A DNA stretch of 59,563 nt, filler included, from Sphacelaria rigidula (Eukaryota): the NCBI GenBank assembly GCA_964200075.2. It is 8 parts of 8 records of this genome, joined end to end, with 100 filler letters (N's around TTAATTAATTAA, not from the genome) between each part and the next. Parts side by side here need not be neighbours in the genome. Positions count along the whole stretch, not along the records: positions 29,835 to 37,192 come from CAXNAA020015275.1; positions 37,293 to 44,649 come from CAXNAA020015276.1; positions 44,750 to 52,106 come from CAXNAA020015277.1; 5 more parts are not named here. One strand, 5' to 3'. Positions 36,593-48,440 of this stretch are shown here, piece after piece. Position numbers and translations under genes: made by a program. A model generated the notes under the pieces. That model was not told where the DNA came from, searched no databases, and saw only the letters and a program-made list of their open reading frames with translations. Within the stretch, counting starts at the first letter, position 1. Each line of letters starts with the position of its first letter.

Positions 36593-37124
36593 CTGGGCAT
36601 CATCATGGGTATGAGGAAAAGTATGTTGGTCAAGCGGGCGGGCGCAAGATGAGATCAGAGTTCCCATATCAGGGTATATAGTAAGATGACCACGTACATG
36701 AAAGTATGCCATAAACGCGTTCGCGTTCGACTACTGTAGCGTTGCAAGCGTAACAGCGTAGTATTGGTCTTCACTGGTATTTCACGATTATGAACAAGTG
36801 ATTGAGCGTTGTTTTCAGCGCGGCATTACTTGGTGTGGCGTAGACGCCGTCACACTCTGAATACATAACTATCCTCTTCACCCTTGAACGTGAGCTACAC
36901 TCACTAGCATCGTTGATTCATCACTGCTTTTCGTCTTCCCACCATTGGTATCGGCACTATTAAGTGTGTGTTAGACGAACTTTCAATCCTTAGAGAGACA
37001 CCACCAGTCATCTAACGTCACATGGACACCTTGTGGAGAAGTACAACCGGGTCGGTGATCCCACTGATGTCGCCGATCGAAAAATTGACGCGGAGAGCAC
37101 GCGGATCCTTCAAATCGTTTTGGT

Positions 37125-37192
37125 GTACTCATGATCATGCATGCCATAGTCATAAGACCATTGATCTCGCATCCCTACAAAGCCGGGACGGA
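37125..37192 (-). repeat. ATGAGTAC family, longest type B copy, at contig end
   Basis: GTACTCATGATCATGCATGCCATAGTCATAAGACCATTGATCTCGCATCCCTACAAAGCCGGGACGGA. Confidence 0.9.
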
Positions 37193-37292
37193 NNNNNNNN
37201 NNNNNNNNNNNNNNNNNNNNNNNNNNNNNNNNNNNNTTAATTAATTAANNNNNNNNNNNNNNNNNNNNNNNNNNNNNNNNNNNNNNNNNNNN
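37193..37292. other. Artificial contig linker
   Basis: N44-TTAATTAATTAA-N44. Confidence 0.99.
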
Positions 37293-37579
37293 GGCCGATC
37301 GGTGGCCCAGAAAAGGTACGATTGAAAAAGAATTCCTAGATCAGGCATACCTCGGCGAAATGTGGCCTACAAAAGGTAAGGGGTTTCTGCAGGCGACATG
37401 TCCTTTTTCGCGTGCCCATATCTCTCGACTAACATGTCTTTTATCCGTTTTTTTCCGAGTCCCGGGTGCCAATGACCCCCTCGAACGATGTGCGTGGAAC
37501 ATGCGGAGCGAAAACGATCAAAATGGGGTGTTTGGCTGTTTTCGCGTTTCTGGCCATTTTTCGTTCCTTTGTTAGGCAA

Positions 37580-38662
37580 ACAACGAGAAGGTATGCCTTT
37601 TCTAGGCCACTGCCCAAAAGCGTATATTCACGAACATAATCCGCGAAGCGGACATCTGATGCGACAGCAGAAAAACTCTTTGGATGGCGCTCGCTTGGTC
37701 GCTCCTGACGAAGTAACCTATAACACACCTCTCCAAATCAGATACCAACATCGGCCCTGCCTTCCCCTTGGAACGATCTGGGTCCATCTCGGCGAGGAAT
37801 CCATCGATGATCTGTGTTGAGGAAGCAGCAGTGTCGGGAGAGCGGCGGCTGATGGATCTATGCAGTGATTTATGCAATGGGGTCTGCCAGCCCGCTACTC
37901 AAATGGGGTCTTCAAAATGTTGGGCGCCAGTTGCATCCGCCAAGTGAAGGATATTGCAAACGGTACAACGAATGGATGTGATGAGGGCAGGAGAAGACTG
38001 TCCCGAATCTTCGTTATCCGCAGCAGGCATGTTCGTGGTATGCCATAGCTTTTTCACATCTCTCTGAATATACTGCCTCTGTATTGCAGCTACTCGGGCA
38101 GACTCGACTTTAGCGGAGGCTGCTTTTTTACAAGCTTCGGGACGTTCTTTGTCAGCCGCAGCGGTTGCTAAGGCTCGGGTTGCAGTAGAAGACAGTGGAC
38201 GATCTGGTGTGTTCGTATCAGATGAACCCAAAGTGCAACCCGAAACATCAGCCAAGTGGGGTATCACTTGCCTTGGTGCCACCGAACCCGAAGGGAACAG
38301 GTCTGTCTTGGACCGGTTTCAAGCTGTCGCGGAAGATCCGGAAGAATTGCCCCGGTTTTCTTCCTGTTCGGGCCTCGGGTATTGCGGAGCGAGCGGTTCG
38401 GTCCGGAACCGTCCGAGGAGGATCCTCCCCCACCATGGCGGCGGCGTGAGCCTCCTCCATCGTTGTCGTCGTTGTTGTCCCGCCTGTGGTACTTCTTCGC
38501 CCCCTTGCAGTTGGCACTCGTTGGAGTCCAACCACCGTAATCCTGATCATCCTCGGTGATTGTAGCGTCAGGATCCGAGTGGTAAGCGGTACGTAGCGCC
38601 GAAAAACGATCAGCGACAGATTCCACATATTTTGGTTGATCAAGTCCTGCGCCAATGGTCAT
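37580..38662 (-). pseudogene. Decayed gag-protease region of an LTR retrotransposon, possibly Copia
   Basis: Consecutive frameshifted minus ORFs (38264-38662, 37899-38282, 37602-37877) give a G/R/D-rich gag-like linker followed by DTAAS, which resembles the aspartic protease D(S/T)GA motif. Confidence 0.4.
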
Positions 38663-38890
38663 ACGTAAAACCAGTTGACCTAGGGTGAGGAACGTGATGC
38701 CATCCTCAGGGAAGATGCCTTCCTAGTCCACATAGAAGCCAACAACCCGATGTGTGGAGACCACGTATGAGCGTAATGACATCCATATACACATGTGAGC
38801 CGGAGAAACAGTCTCAGGAACGGAGCCCGCCAGTAACACACATGAGCGGACTCGAAACGTTCAAACCTGTGAAACAGGATATTTAGCAAA

Positions 38891-39449
38891 CCTACAGTAG
38901 TGGGCGGTCTAACTATTTAGGGGTGTTTAGGAGTTTCCCTCACGTACTACTCTTCGATAGAACTCGAAATTGCTAGCGTCGGTAGATTTTGGTACAACAA
39001 AACAGATCATGTTCGAAACACAGTGCCCAAGTCGGTGTTGGTTGGTGTTATCGGGCGAAACGAGTAAATACCCCGTTTATCAGGAGGGTGTTATTGACCC
39101 TAAAACATAGTTTTTCGGCCCTAGTGCGCTGAGTAGGCAGAATTTCTAACAAATAAAACTGTACATTTATTCATAAATATGATCGGGACGGGCTCAATTG
39201 ACCGAAAATACAGAAGAGTAAGAATCTGGGCTGAACCGTTACAGGACCCCCGATGACCGGTCAGCCCGTAAGTCACTGAATATTGAGTATATATGTTTTT
39301 TTCTTCCTGGAATGTGGAGCGGATACAAATAGCTTTAGATTCCCGATGTGATAAGTGGTGGCGAGTGAAAAATGCCGAAAAAAACCGCCAATTACGAAAA
39401 AATCACGAAATGCCACAAAATTCACAGTTAGACCGCCCACTGCTGTAGG
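38891..39449. mobile_element. 559-bp MITE with 24-bp TIRs, related to the CACTA-like element at 3974
   Basis: CCTACAGTAGTGGGCGGTCTAACT ... AGTTAGACCGCCCACTGCTGTAGG (1 mismatch). Shares AGTGACTTACGGGCT and TAACACCCTCCTGATA blocks with 3974-4890. Confidence 0.85.
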
Positions 39450-40319
39450 CAACAGGATCTACGGTACAAGAACTAAGTAAAACAAGAGTCACCGCATGAA
39501 TCCTGGTAGACGATGGACCGGTACGCTGTACCGACCCGTTCACTTGTTCTTCTAGCCTATCGTTGACCACGGTCGCATCCTTGCCCACATGACAAGAAGG
39601 AGAATTACGCCTCGCTCTGGAGATCCTTCGGCAGCAGGGTACGACAAGGTTCTTCTTCGGGACTCGAAAGTCTACTGCCTCACCCCTACAGTAGCGAAGC
39701 TTAGTTCACAATGGCATCAACGAAGTGATTTGAATCTACGCGTGCAGAGCATTTTGACGTACGGAGCACACTGCCTTAGCACCGGCGACACCATCCGATA
39801 CAAAAGGAACCGAGGAACGCTTCTGCAGGTGAACCGTATGGGTCATTTGTGCACAGTTATTCGAGTTGAGAGGGTTGTAGGAGCCGGCGAAACGCAAAAT
39901 TAGCCTCCAGTGTGCATGATATGTCACCAGCAAGGCTAGTCAAAGAGCGAAACCGCACCCATTAACCCACCTCCCACCACCATAGTGCAAGAGGCACGGC
40001 TGTCAATCAAGCAGACCGACCCCTGAATACACGGTGACTCGAAATCGCACTAACAAAATTCTACCCAACCTGCGAATGCACCACCTTGTCATAGCTGACA
40101 TGTAGCAAGCGAAAGAAGGGTGTAGTGGACGGTCGTGCCGACTCTCAGCTCGCAAGTTGAGAGGCAAAAGGCAGATAGTTCATTTTTTCACGTCTCAGAG
40201 CGCATACAATGGGAGAAAAGTACCAACCCTCTGGTCAAATATGCATAAGAGAAGCGAGGTTTCTAGTCAGTGCAGTAACTCCTCTGGCAAGGCACCAAAA
40301 CAGTCCCAGTTGTGTGTGA

Positions 40320-41501
40320 AAGTACAGACTAGGATAAGGCATATGCTGAACAAGAGCAACACAGGTCGAAAAAAAGGAGTGCGGTTGTAATATCACCAGC
40401 CTCCGTACTTGGAGTTAATTTCTGAGCAGCCTTTGTTACAGCCGTCGGAAAATGTCACACCGGACACGGGTCCAAAACTGGGGAGACACATCAACGGCAT
40501 ACCATGCGGCATTTTACGCAGTACCCCAAGGGATCGGTAACGTTTCATCCCATGTCAAACATTTGCAACCTGCCGAACAAATGTTTCAGCAGTGGCTGTT
40601 GATTGCTAATCGGAACGGCTCATACTTCCTCTGAAAAATCTTTCGGCCACATTTAGCTAGATGTAGCACCTGGATAAGTCTGCATCTTTGACTGGAACAA
40701 TTACCGTTCAACACCGAGGAAGGTGATATGCTTGTCATACAATAGCCTCTTCAGTGGGATCGTGTGCAAAGTCTCACAAAGAGATAGAGAAAGTACCTGA
40801 CGCAACCAAGCAGAAGCTCAGAGTGAGCAACACAAGTCGGAAAATGGTGCAGAGTAACCAGCCTTCGTACTTGGAGAGTGTTCCGCAAGTAGCTTTCATA
40901 GCTTAAGCGTCATGTATAATCAAGGCAAACCACCGATCAAAATATTGAACTCCAAAACTGTCAACAAGCCAAGAAGCACAGAGAGGAATTATCCGCCCTT
41001 GACTTTTGAAGGTGCTGTGACGGATTAAGAGATAACCAACTAGACTACTGACCAGTCAGCGCTGACTTGTCAGTAGTCTAGTAGGTTGTCTCTTAAACCG
41101 TCACAGTGCCCAGCACGGGATCCCTCGCCCAGCCAGGGTAAAGTACGCTTAGCGAAAAGGGCAGCTACCGTAGCACAGACGACGTTTAAAACGAATCAGG
41201 TAGCATGCATGACGCTGGGTAGCAATAAAACGAGGGAAAACTCTCTGGCTGGTAGGATTGGGAAAGGCATGCGGCTTTATAAAAGTACACTAGCATCTGC
41301 GGTGGGATCGAAGGCGAAGTCCCACAAAGAGGTGGCGAAACTACATGATAGAGTCAAGCAGAAGCTCAAAGTGAACAACACAAGTCAAGAAAGGGTGTCG
41401 TGTAGCCAGCTTTCATACTTGGAGAGTGTTCCACAAGCAGCTTTCATAGCTCAACCGTCATGTAGTAGCAACGCAAAACACCGATCGAAACTTCTGACTC
41501 C
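40320..41501. repeat. Three diverged copies of a 125-160 bp module
   Basis: Copies at about 40320-40445, 40792-40953 and 41340-41501 share AACACA.GTC...CCAGC.T...TACTTGGAG. Confidence 0.8.
41011..41110. repeat. 100-bp near-perfect palindrome (hairpin MITE or small-RNA precursor)
   Basis: Centre AGC|GCT at 41060/41061. Of 50 positions, 44 are Watson-Crick pairs, 3 are G-T and 3 are mismatches. Confidence 0.92.
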
Positions 41502-42603
41502 CGACGCTCAGGCGTTCATGGCTTTTCACATGTCTTCGTTGGCACAGTACCCGAAAGGACCCGTCACGATACATCCAGTCTCAGTAAGAGTCCAAGTACC
41601 AGCTAGAGTAAGTTATAGTGCGGTGGAAGCTCTGGCCATAGATTCAGCATCCGACTTACCTAGCAATAACTCAAAGTTTATCCGTTCGCATCCTACTTTG
41701 AATACGACGGACATAAAACCTGTCCCAAGCGGATCTCTGGATCTTAGAAGCGCTGACAACTCACCTATCAAAGTACGATAGCGGGTTTCACTCGTTTCGA
41801 CCTCACATTCGGGAGAAAACCCTACCCGTTGAAGCATTGGTTTTACGAGATCTAGGCTCCGACCACATGCGGATTAATTATTCACTGGTAAGAGCGTTTG
41901 GAGGCATTTTGGACTGGGAAGCTGAGACACAATCGCTCCGAAACTCTATGTTAGTATCAAAGCTACACACAAGAGACGGAACGAGCACAGCAAATCTGCG
42001 GTGCAACTTGTCCCAGTGTATCTCAGAAAAAATGTGTTATTCCTCCGCAAACTGAGATGGCTCTTCATATCGACTCGGATGAGCCGCCTGAAGTGACATT
42101 CGCTGCGTTAGTTGAGCCGCGCGTAGTCACGGAACAGGGCGTTCAATCGTTAGACATACCATCAGTTTCAAACGTCTGATCGTGGCACGCAATTTGTGCA
42201 TGGTCAACAGTGAATAAGACGGCTATGGTTCAGGTCGCCAATCCATCCAGCAGGCACGTTCGTTTTGAGCGAAAACACTCTGTTAGGATACATTACTCTT
42301 GCATCAGAGAGAGTAAAAAGACAAACACAGGCAGTGCAGTAGCTGAAATCAAGTCGCAGGAACAGAGGCCCAAGCCCTCGACCTGTATACGAAATACCTG
42401 ACAGCCTTTTCGTTTCCATAACGGGAGTTAGGAAGCTACACTATAAGTGAAGCCAAACGCCATTCCAGCAGGTACACACAGGGTTGACGGACAGCCATAG
42501 AGGGCCAACCCAAGGGCACAAGAGGTCAACAACAAATGTGTACACGAAATAGAAAAAGACGTTTATCGAGCACACTCGATTTTGCGTAGACTCAGATCTA
42601 CAC

Positions 42604-43937
42604 TCAACAAAAGTCTGGTTCGTAAGTCACGGCCGATGCCTCACATGAAGCCTCATCGACACGGTGGCGGGAGCAAAACAATTTCTGTCTTTGATGAACA
42701 AGTATGGACACCGAATTCCAGGCCTGGCGGGAGCAGTGGAGGTGATTGGGGTAGTGATACGGGTCGGTATATTCGGCAGCGGTACGAGCGAGCCACCTGC
42801 GTTCCCGGTTTGTGAGATGAAGGCCTGGTGTCGGCCCGGCATTGGCGGTGGAGGTAACGGTTGGAGGCGGGGGTGTTGGGTCCATCGTGGTGGCGGCTGC
42901 GGCCGCAGCGTAAGACCAGCGGTCGGATTTCCGCGAAACGCGGTATGCCGACTGGGTGGTCTTGGGCTGATTCGTGCCGTGGCTTGAAGGCGGGAAAGAA
43001 GAGCGGCTACCGAACAAGTTGTTGGCGGTCGGAGCGGCAGCCTGGTGGTTGGTCAGGCGGGCCGCACACGCAGCGGCGTCGTGAGCGGTCCGCCGGACGT
43101 GCTGTTTGAGGTCCTTGGTCTTTTGTTGAGCCGCTATGGCGGCAGAGCGAACCCCTTCAAGGGCCCGTTGGGCGGCGGCGCTGGTGTTTTGAGCTTGTGA
43201 AGCCTGCCGCTGGAAGTCTCTGTGCGCCATAGCGTGTTCCTCCGCGAGGAGGCGTGCGGCGGCAGCGTCGGCCTCGTGTTGCTTGGCAAGGATGTCCTGC
43301 TGCGCCAAGGCCGGCGCTTCCGATGTATAGCGATCATAGCGTGTTTCTCTGCGCGGGGGCGATCCTTAAATAGCATCTAAAGGACGTCTGTTGGGCAGTG
43401 CTCGTCACCGAGCGGGGGGGGACTTTTTCCGACGGAGTGGGGAGCACGAGGGGATCCGGCACGGGATCGGTGGTGGGCCCACTGTCGGCGTCAGTGTCGA
43501 CGGCAGCCAAGACTGCAGTTATGGTGGGAGCCGGGATGGCGGTGGCAGCAGCAGTGGTAGTCGTGGTAGTCGTGGTAGCGGAGGCAGCGGCAGCAGCGGC
43601 GGCAGCGGCGGCGGCGGTGGTTCCCTTGTTCTCGATCTCAGTCCTTTTGAGTGCTTGCTTCAGATCTGACAGTTATTGTTGAAGGGAGCGGATAATCGCA
43701 GCATCAGAGCTTCCCATCGTTTTTTTTGTATTTCATTTTATTTGCTGTTTACTGTCCTCTTATTTTCTTTGTTTTTGATAAGGTCGGCCATTTCTCTCTG
43801 TGCTTTGCTTGTGTTGACTTTTTTATTGCTTTTTTTACGACTTAGTCTGCTATGTCGTTCTGTTCGACTCTTTTTCCCTCTTCCTTATTATCTTCAGAGC
43901 GTGTTTCAGTTTCCTTTTTCTTGGGTAAGTCTATCAT
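42604..43937 (-). pseudogene. Decayed gag/ORF1-like coding region of a retroelement
   Basis: K/E-rich start with stops, a poly-Ala/Thr tract, then a 234-aa Ala/Gln coiled-coil-like ORF. No splice structure seen. Confidence 0.35.
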
Positions 43938-44635
43938 GAGACCACGGCTGGACCCCTGGGGGGTCAGTTAAAGTGCGACAATCAATCAAAATCAATCAAA
44001 GCGGGACGGGGGGTCGCAGCCATTGCTGGTTCGTCGGTTGTGCGCTGAATTTCGGCTGGATCCCTCAACTGAGGATTCGAGAGCCGGTGACTTGTCCGAA
44101 AATATATTATGGATGTCGGCAACATGTACGGTATTATCATTGCGTAAATGACGGCGACGTGACCGGGGCGAAGCAGGAGGGGTGCACGCGGTCGCTTGAT
44201 CAGCATTCTTCGAGCGCGGTTGGGCGAGCGATGAATTCGATCTGTGCCGCGAACTATCCTCGTGAGTACGGTCACGACCGGCATTCATCCAGAGCGTGAT
44301 AGCGCGCGATGAATTGGAGCTGTGCCGTGAGCTACCTCCGTGTGTGTGGCTACGATCGACATTCTTCTGGCGTGTGAGGGCGCGCGATGAGTTGAAGCTG
44401 GGCCGGGAGTTGTCCTTGGGGATTCCAGCATGGGTGACGTGGTTGTGACCAACTGTCGGTGTGCGGCGCCGTCCGGAAGCGCGAACAAGACTTTGATGAG
44501 AAGTGGAGGAGGGGTTGGACTCGTGTTCGTTGAAGTCGCATGAGAGACGAACGCAGAACGTGGTGTTGCCGATCGGGGCACCAAACGTACGGGTGCGGGC
44601 GCCGTGGGAGTCATCCTACGATAGGGAGGGGGGGT

Positions 44636-44649
44636 GTACTCATGATCAT
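44636..44649 (-). repeat. ATGAGTAC family type B terminus at contig end
   Basis: GGGAGGGGGGGT-GTACTCATGATCAT, then the gap. Confidence 0.8.
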
Positions 44650-44749
44650 NNNNNNNNNNNNNNNNNNNNNNNNNNNNNNNNNNNNNNNNNNNNTTAATTA
44701 ATTAANNNNNNNNNNNNNNNNNNNNNNNNNNNNNNNNNNNNNNNNNNNN
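44650..44749. other. Artificial contig linker
   Basis: N44-TTAATTAATTAA-N44. Confidence 0.99.
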
Positions 44750-44787
44750 ATGGCATGCATGATCATGAGTACACCCCCGACCCCCCC
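44750..44787 (+). repeat. ATGAGTAC family type B terminus at contig start
   Basis: ATGGCATGCATGATCATGAGTAC-A-CCCCCGACCCCCCC. Confidence 0.85.
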
Positions 44788-45487
44788 TCGAACCAGGGCC
44801 AAAACGTTCACAATAAAATAGCTATACAGCGCATGATAGCTGAGTTCAGACTACGTGACGAGCGTTATGTGGGCAACATTGGTGACACCGATCCCAAACA
44901 TGCGAGATTCCACCTCCTTCTCGGTGTGCTCGGCTTTTGTTATTATGATCTACGTGTAGGGTTCGCCTCCTTGAACCAGTCACATTTTTGGCGGGGGCTA
45001 TTGCGGCACCGGTCGCCGGTAGGATCATTCTCGGAATTTGACTGGCAACACTGCACCAGCCATGCACCGACGTTTTCCGGTAAACATTGGTTCACTAGTA
45101 TGTACAAACGATAGTGCTTACATCAAAATGTTGAACGCGATGGGCGCATATACTTATACTGATATATTTTTATCGCGTTTCAGTCGCGATATTTGATCCA
45201 CCTCTCGAGGTGTGCAAAACGACGAGATGGACAGCAGCCAGGCGAACCCAAGCATGCGGGCTGCGGTGTCAACGGCTCCTCTGACCCGCGATCCACCTCG
45301 CTGTCTGCGATCCACACCCATCTCCCTTATCACCAGTCGCTGCACACACTCCTGAGTAAAAAACGAGAAGCGACGGAGAGAGGCAAAGAGCAAAACCAGC
45401 GCTATGAAAACATGAACGAACATAATGCTAAAGGAACGGTCGTGATGAAGTCTTCACGGTCTCTCCCCCGCCCCCACCTGCTCCCCA

Positions 45488-45563
45488 CGTCTCGAAAAGG
45501 ATGCTCGTATGGTCAAACAACTAAGGCAAGCAACAAATGAGTACGCCCCCCTCCCCCCCTCCC
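45488..45563 (+). repeat. ATGAGTAC family type A, 5'-truncated internal copy with C-rich flanks on both sides
   Basis: C-rich flank, CGTCTCGAAAAGGATGC...CTAAGGCAAGCAACAAATGAGTAC-G, then a C-rich tail. Confidence 0.85.
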
Positions 45564-46499
45564 AGCCTCTTTTTCTCTGCAGTTTGGAACGAACAAAACA
45601 AGAAAACGCCGTGTCAAAAAAGGGGTATTCGTATTGTAGTGTTATACTCATACAGATTATTGTACAAACCTCCGTACGTATTTTTTGGTGAACTGAGCAC
45701 ACACAGAAACAATAATCTGACTGGCGGTTCGCATGTTCTGTGTTACATGTTCATGGTATATATTCAGTTTTTTTGTTTTTCCGGGGCCGGTACCGTTGTA
45801 GATGTTAGCCCCCCCCCTTCTATTTCTGGTCGTTACTAGATGTCAGTCCCGTCCCCCTCTTTCTTCTTCTGTTTTCTTATTCTCCCCTCCCTGCTGCTTT
45901 TTTGCCGGTTGCAGTTCAGTTGATAGGCAATACACGCTGTCTGCCCTGTCCGACTTTCCTCTTCGTTCACGCTTCATTTTCCTCGAGTCTCCCTCTGCGA
46001 GTGATCCTGCGTATGTGCCTTGGATACGTCTGGCTGGATTCATGCTCAGGAACGAATCCGAAAACGTGGGATCATCAGTTCCAAGTATCGAGCAATCGCA
46101 TCAACTGACCAACCCTCCGTGTACGGGTTATTGAACCCAACCACTACTTGTCACTCGGGAGGCTCAACAGGCCTGTAGCCCGTCGGTCGGTGAGTAAGAT
46201 CCTGTGCGTCATGCTCCAGTATGCGCGCTACGCTCGTTGCTTTTGAAACGTGTCGAATCATTCTGGTCATCAAACAGATCACTTGGATTGGGCGAATCAA
46301 ATGCGAGGCAACCAGACCAGGAAGCAGCATGCGTGCGACCGTTGTTTACGCGCAAGCGAGGTGACATGGAAAGGCAAAGTGGAGTGATGCCCAACCTGGT
46401 CACCACACTAAAGCACCGGTGAGCATTTTTCACCACCCATCAGCAGCAGTAGGTGATACTCTGCGCCTGCTCACGGGAGAATTGGTGATACTTCGCAGA

Positions 46500-46825
46500 T
46501 ATATATAAACGGGACAAAAATCTCACGGGACATTCCGTGGGACAAGGTGGAATATATCTTCGGTCCCGTCGTTTCTTCATTCAGTGCTCCTGTCCCGTCA
46601 CAACATATTCCCGACTATTCATGTCCCTACTCGTCACTGTGCGAAAGTAGATGAAGAAGCGAAAGGATCCGTATCATCCCGACCCCTGCCCGTTGGCCCC
46701 CGTTCCTGTCCCGTCCTCCGTTAGACACGGACCTACGGCTTCTCCCTTGTAAATCACGGTATGTCCTGAAATGCTTCGCGGAATGTTTCGTCGACGGGAC
46801 GATAATTGTTACCGTCCTGTCGCAT
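46500..46825. repeat. MITE-like element with CGGGAC/GTCCCG subterminal motifs
   Basis: Dense CGGGAC and GTCCCG motifs in both orientations, with similar motifs at about 48437-48745. Confidence 0.4.
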
Positions 46826-47282
46826 GGTATATCGAGGATATCTGAAGCATCAAGATGCCAGGATCTTCCACGGACGCGATGGATGTGTAACACAAGGCCA
46901 CACCGTACCAGCTGGGCCGGGCAAGAGCTCGGTGATGCACCATCGTCACTAGACTGTACACAGCTTACTTTCTTGGAAATAGGGTGTGCAACTTTGGCAT
47001 GTGATACGCAAGGCACTCGCGGACACATTACGGCCTTACCCCCCCTTTTCGATGTTCACTGAGAGACTACCAACAGATGAATCGTTGTGTATATGTTAGC
47101 CCCATCGCATTGTTCATATTTCGGCGGAAGCACTCGAAATCAGCTAGTAGGGGGGGGGGGCGGTATTTGGTGCTCAGATTACCCTGCATGAAACTCACAG
47201 TACAGTATAGGATTTCGGATAAAGCTTCCGAACGACGATGAATCAGAGAATCAGACTTACAACGCTTCTTTCTTCGCCTCAG

Positions 47283-47404
47283 GAGTTACACGCATAGGAA
47301 AGGTTTGATACGATACGCACTACGTACATCGCCCACCCGCAATATGTGGACGCGTCGGGTGTGCGATACTATTTCACCGACCAATATAGTGCCAAAAGAG
47401 GCAG
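47283..47404 (+). CDS. Candidate exon of an unidentified gene
   Basis: Pyrimidine-rich CTCAG acceptor and CAG|GTGAGC donor. Only one frame is open, and it is phase-compatible with a candidate exon at 46862-46983. Confidence 0.35.
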
Positions 47405-47869
47405 GTGAGCATCCATTTTGTCGACATGCCACAAACGGTTGTAGGTGACACGTATCGGCGTAACGTATACAAGGCCACGCCATCGTCTCTCAAAATGTAT
47501 GTCGTTGGCACAACATATTACTTCGGGATATCGCCAATACATAGTCGGGGAAAGAATACCAACGCATAGTGAAGTTTTGTGAAAAGGCACATACCGAAGT
47601 ATCTTGACACCTGTTACTTTACTTTGGAGTAGACACATGAGTTTACTAGAGGTGAATAACAGTAAGCTGTTGGCTCGTTGGGGCGAGGCGGAGGTCAACC
47701 AATTTTCGAGCACGGTAACGTGTCGAATCAGCGCGAATTGGCTGCTCGCCAGGTTGCGGGGGTGTTGAAGTCGAATTCAGGCGTCTTGTATCATCAGAAC
47801 GTTGAACGCAAATCATCGTATCCCTCACCAAACACACTCGACCCCACTCTTCACCACCCACCCACCCAT

Positions 47870-48440
47870 CCACCTAATCACCCACACATGGACGCAACTC
47901 AACACAAGGCAGTCACCCACTAACCTACCCACCCATCATTAGATAGCCGAGTCTAAGTACCGCATCCGTTACCAACTCTTCGCCCTTCCGGTATGGGCAA
48001 ACGCGACGGCCACGTGCTACTCTCCGGCTTTTCGTCCGGGGCTGAATACTCCACACCCGGGTCCCATACAGTAGCATACGATACTACCCTTCCCGCGCCT
48101 GTCACTACCGCTGCAGTCGCCGGTGCCCATTCACGCATCTCCCGCACAGCCTCGACGTCATCAGCGGGCGGCTGGACGGCTTCATTCAGGAACCCGATCG
48201 CCTCCTTGTCACCCTCCAGGTAAACCTCCAGCATGATTAGAAACAGCCCCCGTAGGCTCCTAGCCCTGGATACTGCCGATAACTCTGCCCCTGCGCACAG
48301 AATCCCCTCTCAGGGATTCACACCTCAACGCGTTCAAACCCGACCCCCTGAACACGATGAGTGGTCATACACGCGGCCACCACGAACAGTAACTGGGTGA
48401 CCTTGTATACGCCGCTCACTGCAACCCCGCGATAGCATGG
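47870..48440 (-). mobile_element. Possible 3' end of a LINE-like element
   Basis: Broken minus-strand ORF ending at 47953, followed closely by (GGGT/GGAT)n-like simple repeats. No RT motif visible. Confidence 0.3.

Noticed and set aside
40280-41400. C5 DNA methyltransferase motifs (FLDLCC, PCQ) suggesting a DNMT-carrying retrotransposon
   Set aside because: Two copies share an in-frame TGA just after DLCC, the motif I glycines are absent, PCQ is too close, and no ENV motif is seen. A different frame is better conserved.
41086-41781. 231-aa plus-strand ORF as a real gene
   Set aside because: It starts inside the palindrome, has no motif or splice signals, and the sister repeat copies contain stops on this strand.
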